This document shows, piece by piece, positions 24,914 to 35,974 of a stretch of DNA of 64,000 nucleotides. The notes below the pieces were generated by a model. That model was not told the origin of the DNA and ran no database searches. It was given only the letters and a program-made list of their open reading frames with translations. Each line of letters opens with the position of its first letter. Positions within the stretch are counted from its first letter, which is position 1. Origin of the DNA: Amoebophrya sp. A120 (taxonomy: Eukaryota; Protista; Dinoflagellata); the NCBI GenBank assembly GCA_905178155.1, contig CAJINV010000002.1, positions 372,376 through 436,375 of the forward strand, in the 5' to 3' direction. Made by a program: the position numbers and the translations under genes.

Positions 24914-26328
24914 TCTTGATGTCGTTTGATAATTTCTTGCGAAAGTAGGACGCTTATTTTGCGCGGTCTTCCCGATGATTTATATATATGGTGCGCTGAC
25001 AGAGCTACAACTATTCTGTCGCTTCACAGTAGATTTGGTACAAATCCAAGCACAGCTGCACAGCACTGTCAGCTTGGAAATTTAAAAGTTAATTTTCCTT
25101 CGGTCCTCGAAGAAAGCCGAATGTCGACTACTGTCGATATTTGTTCTTGTGCAAAGAGGAAAAGTTAATTTCTTCAATCGCGTAGTTGTCTTTCCTACGT
25201 CGACAATTGTTTTTTATTCGAGCCGTATTTTATTTTGTGTTGTTTCGCTTCTGCTTCTGTAGCTAGTGTCTTCAAAGAGGAGGTCGTGTGCTAAGGAGAT
25301 AGAGTTTTTTTGCGGATTTGCGTCGTATACTATGCTCCCGCATAGAAGGACAAGCGCCAGAATTTCTCAGCGTAGCTGACAGATGTGGATAAATGCGAAT
25401 GTTTTTAAGTAAAACATTCTGATAATATTTTTTACGCCTCAATGCTGACATGAGGTCGAGGACACGACGTAATAATGATAAATTACTTGGTTCTGTCGCT
25501 GTTTGCAATATCAAAACTACAGCAGCACACGGCAGACCGAAGCTGAATGCGACAACATTGTAAATCATCTGCTCCGATGGTTCTGCTGCTTTTGCAAGTT
25601 CTTGCGGTTTCTGTTGCACCGACACCGTCACCGAGAAGCCTGTTTATTCAACACAAGCGTTTTCATGATCCCTGCTACCAAGGTCTGGTCGTGATATCTA
25701 GCTGCACTAGGCTTTGCAGAAATTTTTGCCTAGACTCACAAGAAGTAGAACCGAAGTGCTTTGCAGCTGTGAAGTAGTTGTACCGATCTTTAGTACTTTT
25801 TGCTGCAGCAGGCTGTTAGCGGAAAAAACCGACGAACCCATTCAAGTACCAGAATGCACCCTGTCCCTGACAAACACAACAGGCGGCATCAGGAATTGCA
25901 ACGAAGATAAATAAGCGTGTTCACATTTTTTGGCTCGGAGATGATCTAGAAGTACTCGATAACTGACCGAAATAAAAATTCACCGCTTGTTTTCCGTTTT
26001 TCACTACTACCTGGGAAAGCTGATGGTGATGGGTTCATCTATGTGGGTACATGCCCCTGCCGCTTTGCCAGTGTCAACAGCCACAAGAACACAACAGTCG
26101 GGCCTGCCTATCAGTTCGTCGTCCACAAAGAACTGCATTCATAATTTTAAGAAGCAAAATTTGAATTTGTGTTGCGAAAAATTGGAAATAAAGTACGAAC
26201 TTCTAATGCGCTGAACATTTTTACATAGAGCCAGATCTTCTGGTTGTATTTTTTTTGTCATGCTAAATCCAATGCGTTAGAGGTCGAGCATTTATTGTCA
26301 TGCTATGTATACTAACGTTTCAACATCA

Positions 26329-29300
26329 TCACCGCTTCTTTATGAACTGCAAAAGTATCGTACTCGTATAAACGCATGACAAATTCGTCCCTCAGCATGA
26401 GAAAGAAAATTTGTAATGCGTATTTACCTCAAGGAAAAGATTTGTAATGCATGATTGCAATACGTATACGAGTACGATACTTTTGCACAGGATATTCTTC
26501 CGGCCCGCTTGCTCCAAAAATGCGGTCCACTCGTCCACCCGGGCCAAACTTATCCTATGCAAAAACCTTCCCACGAGCCCATAGTTGTCATGCCAAACAG
26601 AAGTGCGCAAAAGGTTTCTCATGCGGAGCCCGATAAAAACAGGCTTTTTTTAGTCGTGATTCATCGGAATTTGTAATGCTCCAATCCGCATAATAGGCTA
26701 GACCTGTGATGCTGCTGAACAAGCTAAGTCGAAGACTTTACACTACGAGGATTCAGCAGACTTGTCATGCGCAACAACCAAAGCTGGCTGATTTGTCTAG
26801 CAGATTTCCCATCTTGATGACTATGGGGTGATGCGGGTCCCGTTTTTGCTCAGGATAAAGCCCCATCTTCCGCTATCGTGATCCACGTGGAAAACAAACA
26901 ACGGCGTACGCCTGTGAGAGTGCACAACCCCTCCTCTTCCCCCTCATTTGTCATGCGAAATCGGAATTCCAGCTGTTGTTCTCATCTTGTGTCACTATTC
27001 TGTATCACAAATTCCGAAAGTAGCTGCCCAAACAGTAAACACTCGGCGTATATAAAACCTGTCATGCACAGGCTCCACAAGTGCTGGTGTTCGTGTTTGT
27101 ATATGCTGTTTATGCATACATACCAATGAGGGGAACGGGGAGTATGCACTGTCATATCGCCTCGCTTCCGTCGAGAAAGCCGGGATTTTCTTCTGCTATC
27201 CTATGCAAAAACGGTCACGCCCCATAGTCAAGTTGGGAATTTTTTTTTTTTTTGCCCTGCCCCCAATTTTTTCATCATTCAGTTATTCTAGTCGGGGCGG
27301 TGGGCGTTTCCAAAAATGTGAAGAACCCCTCCCGCCCACCATGTTATTCACATGTAAGGAATTGCGCGGGTATACGGCTTTTTTTTCCCGATTTCTTACT
27401 TTTCCGCTCTTGTCCCCTGCTCCAGCATGTTGGTTCTCGATCCGTTTTCGTACTGAGCCCCTTGTTCTCGTTTCGCCTCCGTTTTCTCCCTCCTCCCCCG
27501 CGTGCGTATGCCCCGCGGCCTGGGCTTCCTCGTTCTGTGGCCCCGACAACGCGTGCAGATCTTCCAACCCCCCGCCGCCCTTCATGCGGTTCCGTCGAGC
27601 TCGGCGTCGTTTTCAATGTTTCCGACTCCGTGTGCCATTTTCCATGATGTTTTCTAAATACTTGTGCAATGAAGTGACGCGATACTAATCCAAAGACAAT
27701 GACAAAGAGCGTGACAAAAGGCCAAAAAAAAATAAAAAATGTTTGAAGCAGGATACTTAAGAGTAGAAACGCACCACTGCCATCATATTTGCATTTCTAA
27801 TCCCCGGCATTGCCCCAAGTCCCACAGCCAGCCTCTGCTGGAAAAAAAAGAAAATTCCCTGGCGTGTTTTATTCATAGGCGCAGCGCGTGGGGGGGACCA
27901 CATTGGCCCCCCCCGCACACTGCTAGTGTGTTGAAGTATCTGCCGCGTCGCTTTACATGACTACGTTTTGTTTTACGAAGTGCTTTTCTTTACGAAGTGC
28001 TTTTCATTTTCAAGATGTTTTTCTTTACGAAGTGCTTTCTTTACGAAGTGCTTTTCTTTACGAAGTGCTTTTCTTTACGAGTCAAGTTGGGAATTTAGCA
28101 ACACAAATCTCCATAGTGTTGGGAGCTGTGCATGACAAGTTTCCCTCTGCAGTGTAGTGTTGGTTGGCAAGGGAAGCCGCATGAGAAAGCCATTTTCTCA
28201 TCCTGTAGTTTATTACAGAATAAATGCAAAAACTCGACTCGAAATGCCTCTCGTGCAGCTGCGCATTACAACTGTTCCTGTCATTGCACATCTGCATGAC
28301 AACTCTGCGGTGGGGACGTTTTTACCAAAGATATCTGCTCACTAAGCCTTACCGCCTCGTCACTCGCCCACAGCGGGTTCAGGAGTGTCAGCAGCCCACC
28401 GTTTTGCAGCGAGTACGGTCTATGCATTGCAAAAGTATTAAATCGCACTACTCTGAAAAATCGCATGACAAAAAAAATTCTCAAAAAAAAAACTGCAACT
28501 TGTCATGCAGATTCAGGTCGGAACGAAAGCAGACTTGTCATGCATGACTGCAAGTTATCATGCGAGTACGATACTTACTTTTGCAGTGGATAGGTTCGGT
28601 TCTCAAACAAAACAGTGGCGTTGGGGTTGTTGCGCACGCCCGTATTTGGATCCGTACTCACGTCTAGGTTCGGCACCACGTCTTTTACCGTGATTTTGTG
28701 TCCCCTTCCCGTGGTCTGCCCCTCCTTAGCGGCCCGCGCCCCGCGGGTCTTTCGTCGTATCGTGCTGGTTTTGTCTTTTGGGGGAGAGATTAGCGGCTCC
28801 ACCGTTTCGCTGTCACCCGCGATGAGTTGGGGCGACTCGAGGTAGCTGCCCCACTGCGCCCGGCCCGTAATGTTGGTCACATCCTTATCCACAGCAAACT
28901 ATTTTTCCCATAATATAACACACAAGTGCGGAGGTTTCTGCATGACAAAATTTTCTTCAATCTCATTCAGCATGACAAGTAGCATGCTGCTCCAACAGAA
29001 GTTGATAAAATAATTTACGATGCATTTTGATGTGCGCCGTCGTGTAGTACAGGAAAAATAAATGGAAATTTCTACTGCATAATCCCGAATGCGGTAGCCG
29101 GCCACCAACATTGCGAAGGCGTGATAGGTGATCATCTCAAAGTTGGTGTGTTCCAAATTCCGTGCGATATGACAGTGCACAACTCCCCCTCCCCCTCATT
29201 TGTCATGCAAAATACCCAATTTCCCCTTTGCCTCTTAGCACTGTTCGCATGACAAGTTTTGGTAGCCCAAATAGCACTATACCCCAGTGCAAATTTGTCA

Positions 29301-32300
29301 TGCAAAACCGGCATTCTTGCTGATGCTTGTATTGCCGTTCATGCTAAACAAATGAGGGGGAGGGGGAGTTGTGCACTGTTATATGCGAGGGAACGGAATG
29401 AATAGGTGTTTGTCGCAGGTGGCGGAAGAATGGGGAGCTCGTTGTTCGTCGCACCCGCAACACTACTACTACTTCTTTCCTTGCTTCCCTTGTGGAGGTG
29501 CGATGCGGCTTGTTTTCCAGCGAGGTCCAGGTCCCCCGTGTCGTGTAATATTGTCTTGTGCCGACTATGACTAAACCGCCCCGCCGGGCGAGGCACAAGA
29601 TGAACAACTCCGGCGTTTTTTTCTTCCTCCTGCGCCGTCAGCAGCGCCACGCACTCCTTGCGCAGCTGTTGCTTAGAGACGAAAGCAGCTGCTCCCGTCG
29701 CGCCTGTAGAAGCTTTCAGCATGTTCGCGACCTCGGGCGCCAAGACAGTACTAGTTGACGCTTTTTTGTTCGTATCCTGTGCAAAAGTATCGCACTCGTA
29801 CTCTAATCATGCATTACAAATCTTTTTCTCGAGGGAAATCCACATGACAGATTTCATTCCTCATGCTGAGGAAATTTGTAATGCATCTATACGAGTACGA
29901 TACTTTTGCAGTTCATAGTTCGACGCCCCACCCTGTTGTTCTTCTTTGAGTACGAGTTCCTTTTGCAGCCTTTCCGCAACACAGAGCTCCAGTTTTTTGT
30001 TGTTTTTCTCCAAATATCAAATGCAAAAATGTCTGGGTCTGGAAAGAGGCAGCGAGTTTGTGATGCTGAGTCTTGCAAGGCAGAGCGAGGTTCTGTACGG
30101 CATACACGCATCACAAATTTTTCGCTTGGTATTGCGAGTTCGACCGTGTTTCGCATGATAAACTAGCTTCCAGCACGACAAAAAATCTGGCCCATCGCAT
30201 TCGTGCATTACAGAGCTCGTTGTCTTTCAAAAGTTGCATGACAAATCCAGACCCAGACGTATTTGCAATGCACACCAAAAAGACGAAATCTTGCTCGTTC
30301 TTCAGGGGGAGGATCGAGTTCGCCTTGTAGACCATGGATGGAAACGAGAACGAATTCATCTGTGGAGCAGCTCTACTTTGTTCTTCTGACGCTGTTCTGC
30401 TAGGACCACTGCGTGCGGATTCTTGCCCATTGTGCAGGTTTCCTGGAAGATAGCCACCACCTCGGCCGTACGGGTTGTACACATTTTTCCAGAACGCCCA
30501 ACCTTTCACAAACATGGGCGCAATCACGGTGAGATTCACCACCGGCAGATCCGCCCACCAGGAAAATAGTCTGCATTGCAAAAGTTGTATCGCACTCGTA
30601 TAAATGCATATGCATTGCAAATTTCCTCAGGATGAGAAGTAAAATTTGATAAAATTTGTAATGCGGATTTACCTTAAGAAAAGGATTTGTAACGCTAATG
30701 CATGATTGCAATTACCACGAGTACGATACTTTTGCACAGGATAAATAGCGTCCGGGTGCCAAACACGTCGGACAAATGTTCAGTGTTCTTCTGGAGAAAA
30801 GCGTCCAAGTTTTGCTTATCAAATGCAAAAATATCTGGGCAGGGAAGGACGCAAGGTTTGTCATGCGCAGTCTGCATGGCTCGTGACGTCTGTGATGCAT
30901 GCCGAAGCGTCACAGATTTTGTGAGGCCTTTCTGATGCCTATACCGCATCTCTCGTCGTGGCAAAAACTGGACCTCTTTTGCTGTTTATGCAATACAGAT
31001 TTTTGTAGTATCCAAATGCAGCATCACAAGTTGCAATCTCCCAGACCCAGACATGTTTGCGTTTGATATTGCTGCATGGAAAGCAAAGTTCCTCCTGCTT
31101 CTTCCACTTCACTCGGTACTTATCCTGTGCAAAAGTATCGCACTCGTAGTAATCCCATTCATGCATTACAAATTTCTTTCTCAATTTAAATCCGCATTAC
31201 AAATTTTATTTCTCATGCTGAGCAATTTTGTATTGCAATTCATACTAGTACGATACTTTTGCAATGCATAGTACTGGCGTGGGTACGTCCGTGACCACGA
31301 CCTTGTCGCCACCTATCGCGAGAAATAAACAGTGTTACAGTTACACACGACTCACTGATGCAAGAACAGCAAGATAGACAACCTCTGTCATGCAGGGAAT
31401 GCTTGCCAGCCTTGCCTGATTTCATCATGCGTGTTTTCCCTTATAGTCTGCGCATTACAAGTTTTCTTTGCTATGCACCAGAGCAACTTTGTAATGCTGA
31501 AATTCCAACAACAAATGCGTATTACTGTAACACATATTTTTTCCAGTGATACCACCCTTCGGGCTTGCATTCGGACTCTGAATCCACTGGAAGAATTGCC
31601 GGGGGATTGACGCTATGAATTGCAAAAGTATCGTACTCGTACCAATCGCATTTATGCATTACAAATTTCTTTGTCAAGCTAAACTTGCATTACAAATTTC
31701 GTTCGTCATGCTGAGGAAATTTGTCATGCGTTTTATACTAGCACGATACTTTTGCAGTACCTAGACGCTGAGGATTGGCCCGACTGGGATTTCGCTGGTG
31801 GATCATGTGGAGGGTCCCCTGGACGACCCGCGACGAGGTTGTGGCCTACCGTCTTATTTTGCATGATATTTAGCTGCAGCGCCCCGTTTGCCGCGTTCAC
31901 CGCAACTGGCATATCAAATGTAAAAATGTCTGGGTCTGGAAACTTGTAATGCTGTGTTGGGAATGGTGAATGCTCTGTAATGCACAGCCAAGCATGAGAA
32001 ATATATGCGCTTCTTTGTGTTGCGTTTTTCGCATGAGAAACTGCGTTTTTGCATGACAGGAAAAAGGGTCTCTTCTTGGACACGCATCACAAACTTTTTT
32101 GTCATGCCAGACAAGCATGACAAATCTCGCAATATTCCAGACCCAGACACTTTTACATTTGATATGGCAAAACCCTTCGCAATAGCGCCCGGTCGTAAGA
32201 GAGCCCGGTCCAGGAAGAGGTGGATGATAAGTTGTAAACCTCTATCCTGAGTGAAAACGTCCCCACCCCAGAGTCAAGTTGGAAAATCTGCTACACAAAT

Positions 32301-35300
32301 CTACCAGTGCTTTAGTTGTTGCGCATGACAAGTTTGGCGTCGTACTGTGATCCTGTTTAGCTAGTTCAGCAGCATCACAGATCTAGCTTAAAGTGGTGAT
32401 TCGAGCATAACAAATTGCAAAGCACGACTAGAAAAAGCTCCTCATGGGGCTGCGCATCAGAAACATTGTAGGCATGCAGATTTGCATGACAGCTCTGGGG
32501 TGGGGACGTTTTTGCGGAGGATAACCTCCAGGACATCGGACACCTCGGACGCGGGAAAGCGTATCCTGTGCAAAAGTATCGCACTCGTACCAAAAATTAT
32601 TGCGATCATGCATTACAAATCTCCTTCTTAAGCTGAAACAGCATATACAAATTTCGTTCTTCATGCTGAGGGGATTTGTCATGCGATTTGTACTAGGGCG
32701 ATACTTTTGCGATTCATAAAGCGTTTGGAACGGTCATTCCGGTAAACCCGATCGTAAAAATACGCCCAGGCATTGTCGTGCGGATCGTTTTTTTCATGCA
32801 CGACTTGTTGATGATGCACGGAAGAGGACGTCGTCGTGCCGCCCCCGCCTGTTGACCGTGTAGTTTTGTTGCTGCTCGACGTCCTAGCACTATGCGACGG
32901 TTGATGTTGTGCGAGAGCTGTACTTTCCTCGTTTACCGAGCCTCCTGGCACTACCGGTGATGCAGTACTTCTACTACTCCCCCTCATGCGGTTTTTGTTT
33001 GCGAGGCAGGTTTGAAAGTTGAGAATCAAATCCGCATCGAGCATCACGCCGTAGTCTGGACGTTCGGTTACGGGAAGGTCGAGTAATATGAACTGCAAAA
33101 GTATCGCACTCGTATCAATGCATTACAAATTCCCTCAGCATGAGAAATAGAATTTGTCATGCTGATTTGCCTTGCTAAGGAGATTTGTAATGCAGGATTT
33201 GCATTCATACGAGTACGATACTTTTGCACGGGATAAGTAAGTGCATCATGCCATACCACTTCTTCCAGCCACTGTAGCCCTGTATGTCCGCCGGGAGCTA
33301 TGCAAGAAAAAAACTGTGTAACCGTAAGTCTGTGATGCAGAAAGTGCAAAACTGTTGCGATTGTCATGCTGGATGTGCGTCATACGCCACTTTTATACGT
33401 GCTTCCGCGTACTAGCTGCGCATGACAGGTTTTCCCAGTAAATGCAAAAGGAACTTGTGATGCTGCTCTGCCTACAAAGTTAGTACACTCACACAGTTTT
33501 TTTCCCTGGATAGGAGCGGGTGAATGTGCAGAGGGGGGTTAGCAATAACCGCCTGCCAATAGCCTTTTATCGCAAAAGGATTCTTTCTTTTCCTTGGTCG
33601 TCCACGAGAGCCGGTAATTATCCCGCTGCTTGCGTCGCTCTCCCCACGTTGGGCCGCGTCTCGTTCTACTGCGTCGACCGGCAGCGCACCGGCACTGTTG
33701 TCTACTTCGCGGCTGGTGCTCTCAGGTTTATTTTTTTCAGCAGAGTTGTCGTTTGGTGTATTTCTATTTCCCACTCCTGCAGGATCTTTGTTCTCACCGC
33801 TGGAAGCTGCTGTCGTGCCATGCGCTGTTCCTGTGTGCTGTTCGTTTTCTTGTCCTGACCCTTGTTGCGTGTTCCCTCCTCCTGGCTCGTCTTCTTTTTC
33901 TACCTCGTCGGCCGATCGAATCGATGCGGCCTCGGAAAATTTATCTTCCTCTCGGATCGTATGGAAGCGTCAGGTTTAAAATCGACAAAGTTGAAATAAT
34001 TTGTCATGCATAAAATGGATGCCAGTTGGAAGACCAATTCCCAAGCGGCGCATGACAAATTTTCGGAGCACCGAAATCCAATTTGTCATGCTATTTGGGC
34101 ACAGAAGAGTGCTGTTGTCATGCTCCTTTAGCAGCTCTATCCCAAACCCTAAAAAGGCTCACAATCTGCCTCACTTGCCATCCCGGCAAGACAGGCACTT
34201 CATGCCTTGCATTTTATGCATGACAAACCATTTCAACTTTGACGATTTCAAACCTGACAGCTAGATAGATCGTTAAAAGATCATCCACATCGGGGACGGT
34301 TTTCCACAAGACACTCCTGTTCTTGTTGCCTGCTCTGGCAGCAGCAGACGTGGAAGCTGCAGGCGGGGATGAAAGAACTGCCCTTTGTGTAGTCCTGATC
34401 TCTTTATGCATTGCAACAGTATTGTTTTGTACTTCGAGTAGTGATTGCATGACAAATTTCATCAGCATGAGAAATGGAATTTGTCATGCTGATTTAGCTT
34501 GGGAAAGAAATTTGTAATGCATGACTGCAATCAGTATGAGTACGATACGTTTGCACAGGATACTCTTTCGTTTTCTCCAATTTCAGCACTTTTTCGTACT
34601 TCAGTGTTTTCAGACCCTGTTTTATCCAGGAAAAAAAGTGTGTAAGTGTAACTTTCTACTTTGAGGAACAGCATCACAAATTTGCTTTACATGACAGAGA
34701 AAACCTGTCATGCATAGCTTGTAAGGGAAAACACACATGAAAAGAGGACTTCATGGCTGTCTTTCATGACAGACGTAACTCTGTTGCATGTTCTGCAACA
34801 CAAATTTACACTATACACAGTTTTTTTCTTTCATATGCTTCCACAAATGATAGTCTTTTTTTGTGGAAAATACCAGGTGCACCGTCATCGCCTTCATAGC
34901 GGCCGGACATTGCGCGTACTGCTGCAGAAAGCGGGCCAGTAAATGGTACTTCGGCGGGTGCACGGCGATCGCCAGGCCGATGCGCTTGCGAGTCAGGGTG
35001 AGATTGGGAGGTGGGGGAAGCTGGTCGTGATCGGCATGAGTCTTCTCAATACCGTAGCTTTGACGCCCCGTTGTGCTGCTTTGCTGGTGCATGATTCGCT
35101 TGTACAGATCGAAGTCTTCGCCACGACTGCTTTCACGCAGGATATACTCCTCCGGCGAAATAGCTGCAGCGTCAGCTCCGAGGACTAAGCCATCTTGTGC
35201 GCCAGCACTGCCTCCGGCAACTACATCCACGCCGGAGGAGCCTCTCGTCCGCGTGTGGCCATTGTGTGAATAGAACGCGGCAAGCCTGCTAGTAACCGAT

Positions 35301-35974
35301 GTCGCAGTCTTCGCCTCACTGTGGCTGTCCACGCCAACACTACTGCCTTCATCCTCCTCCTTTTCCAGTTCCGTGTCAAAAATGGTGCCGATGCGGAAGA
35401 AAATTGGCAATTTAATCGGTTTTTTCTTGCTCCGCTGAAATGCGTGGTTGAGTCGCTCGGAACTGGAATTCAAGACCGCGTTAGACCGCGTGTAGGCGAT
35501 GGCTTTGTTGTATTACAATGAAAAATACCCCCACCCCCGAACTTGGGAGCATTTGCATTGCAAACCTTTCCAAAACCAAATGAAACATTCGCCCTCTTGC
35601 ATGCATCTATCAGCATCACAGATTTCTAATCGTAAATGGCAAAAATTTGTATTGCAAAAGATCCCAGCAAGAGCAGCGCTTGTCATGCAAGCGATGCGAT
35701 ACGCGCCTAGACTCTGCATCAGAAAGATTCATACTCCCTTCCTGCATGACAAAAAGTTCATTTGGAAACTTCGCATCACAAATTTCTGCAACTTTGGGGG
35801 TGGGGGCATTTTTCACTGCAATATGTTGTTCGTCAAGTTCTTCCGCCGGCGGAGGAGTGCGAATTGGATCCGCCTGATTTCCTCATAGTTCGTCGACTGG
35901 AAAAGCAGGAAGCAGAAAACAGAGGAGAAAAGGAACCCTGGAAACCAGGAGAAAAGCGCCGGGAGGAAGGCCAT
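26329..35974 (-). CDS. Putative type II membrane glycosyltransferase-like protein (DxD motif), split by 23 introner introns
   Basis: Manual removal of all 23 elements plus one DR each gives one open frame from ATG 35974 (MAFLPALFSWFPGFLFSSVFCFLLFQS, signal anchor) through RIGLAIAVHPPKYHLL, YSGWKKWYGMMHLLDLPVTERPDYGVMLDADLIL, LFSWWADLPVVNL, FEMITYHAF and PLFVFHVDH to TGA 26329-26331. Function is inferred from topology plus the DAD motif only. Confidence 0.8.
26341..26494. mobile_element. Introner family A
   Basis: TIR TGCAAAAGTATCGTACTCGTA / TACGAGTACGATACTTTTGCA; DR TTCTT/TTCTT. Confidence 0.92.
26551..26857. mobile_element. Introner family C (diverged)
   Basis: TATCCTATGCAAAAAC..GTTTTTGCTCAGGATA; DR AAACT/AAGCC. 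Confidence 0.85.
26913..27156. mobile_element. Introner family E
   Basis: TIR AGTGCACAACCCC..CCCCTCATTTG; DR ACGCC/TCGCC. Confidence 0.85.
27243..28079 (-). mobile_element. Retroposon-like (SINE/truncated LINE) insertion
   Basis: 17-bp DR AGTCAAGTTGGGAATTT at 27226-27242 and 28080-28096; T-run at the left end equals poly(A) on the minus strand. Confidence 0.75.
27965..28080. repeat. Tandem ~17-bp repeat TTTTCTTTACGAAGTGC, about 7 units
   Basis: Directly visible at the 5' end (minus strand) of the nested insert. Confidence 0.9.
28421..28592. mobile_element. Introner family A (diverged)
   Basis: TATGCATTGCAAAAGTA..TACTTTTGCAGTGGATA; DR CGGTC/GGTTC. Confidence 0.85.
28886..29081. mobile_element. 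Introner, unassigned family
   Basis: TATCCACAG..TATTTTTCC / GGAAAAATA..CTGCATA; DR ATCCT/ATCCC; removal joins YRIRD|VTNITG. Confidence 0.8.
29168..29383. mobile_element. Introner family E
   Basis: Near-perfect TIR TATGACAGTGCACAACTCCCCCTCCCCCTCATTTGT; DR TGCGA/TGCGA. Confidence 0.93.
29773..29917. mobile_element. Introner family A (reverse orientation)
   Basis: DR GTTCG/GTTCG. Confidence 0.92.
30015..30274. mobile_element. Introner family B
   Basis: DR CCAAA/CCAAA. Confidence 0.9.
30570..30743. mobile_element. Introner family A
   Basis: DR AATAG/AATAG. Confidence 0.9.
30817..31068. mobile_element. Introner family B
   Basis: DR TTGCT/TTGCT. Confidence 0.9.
31121..31270. mobile_element. 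Introner family A (reverse orientation)
   Basis: DR GTACT/GTACT. Confidence 0.92.
31314..31551. mobile_element. Introner family H
   Basis: DR CCACC/CCACC; TIR core TGTTACAGT/ACTGTAACA. Confidence 0.87.
31614..31763. mobile_element. Introner family A
   Basis: DR GACGC/GACGC. Confidence 0.9.
31912..32164. mobile_element. Introner family B
   Basis: TIR TATCAAATGTAAAAATGTCTGGGTCTGGAA; DR TGGCA/TGGCA. Confidence 0.93.
32243..32523. mobile_element. Introner family C
   Basis: DR ACCTC/ACCTC. Confidence 0.92.
32562..32718. mobile_element. Introner family A (reverse orientation)
   Basis: DR AAGCG/AAGCG. Confidence 0.92.
33087..33235. mobile_element. Introner family A
   Basis: DR AGTAA/AGTAA. Confidence 0.92.
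33299..33512. mobile_element. Introner family H
   Basis: DR GGAGC/GGAGC; TIR GAAAAAAACTGTGT. Confidence 0.9.
33960..34267. mobile_element. Introner family I (TIR about 55 bp)
   Basis: GTCAGGTTTAAAATCGACAAAGTTGAAAT / ATTTCAACTTTGACGATTTCAAACCTGAC; DR GATCG/GATCG. Confidence 0.9.
34405..34562. mobile_element. Introner family A
   Basis: DR CTCTT/CTCTT. Confidence 0.9.
34623..34835. mobile_element. Introner family H
   Basis: DR TGTTT/TGCTT. Confidence 0.87.
35511..35823. mobile_element. Introner family D
   Basis: DR TGTTG/TGTTG; opposite orientation to 6898-7201. Confidence 0.92.

Larger units (their letters stand above)
27197..28333. mobile_element. Introner family C enlarged by a nested retroposon-like insert
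   Basis: DR TCTGC/TCTGC; the two halves are separated by an 854-bp insert (including one TSD copy). Confidence 0.88.
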
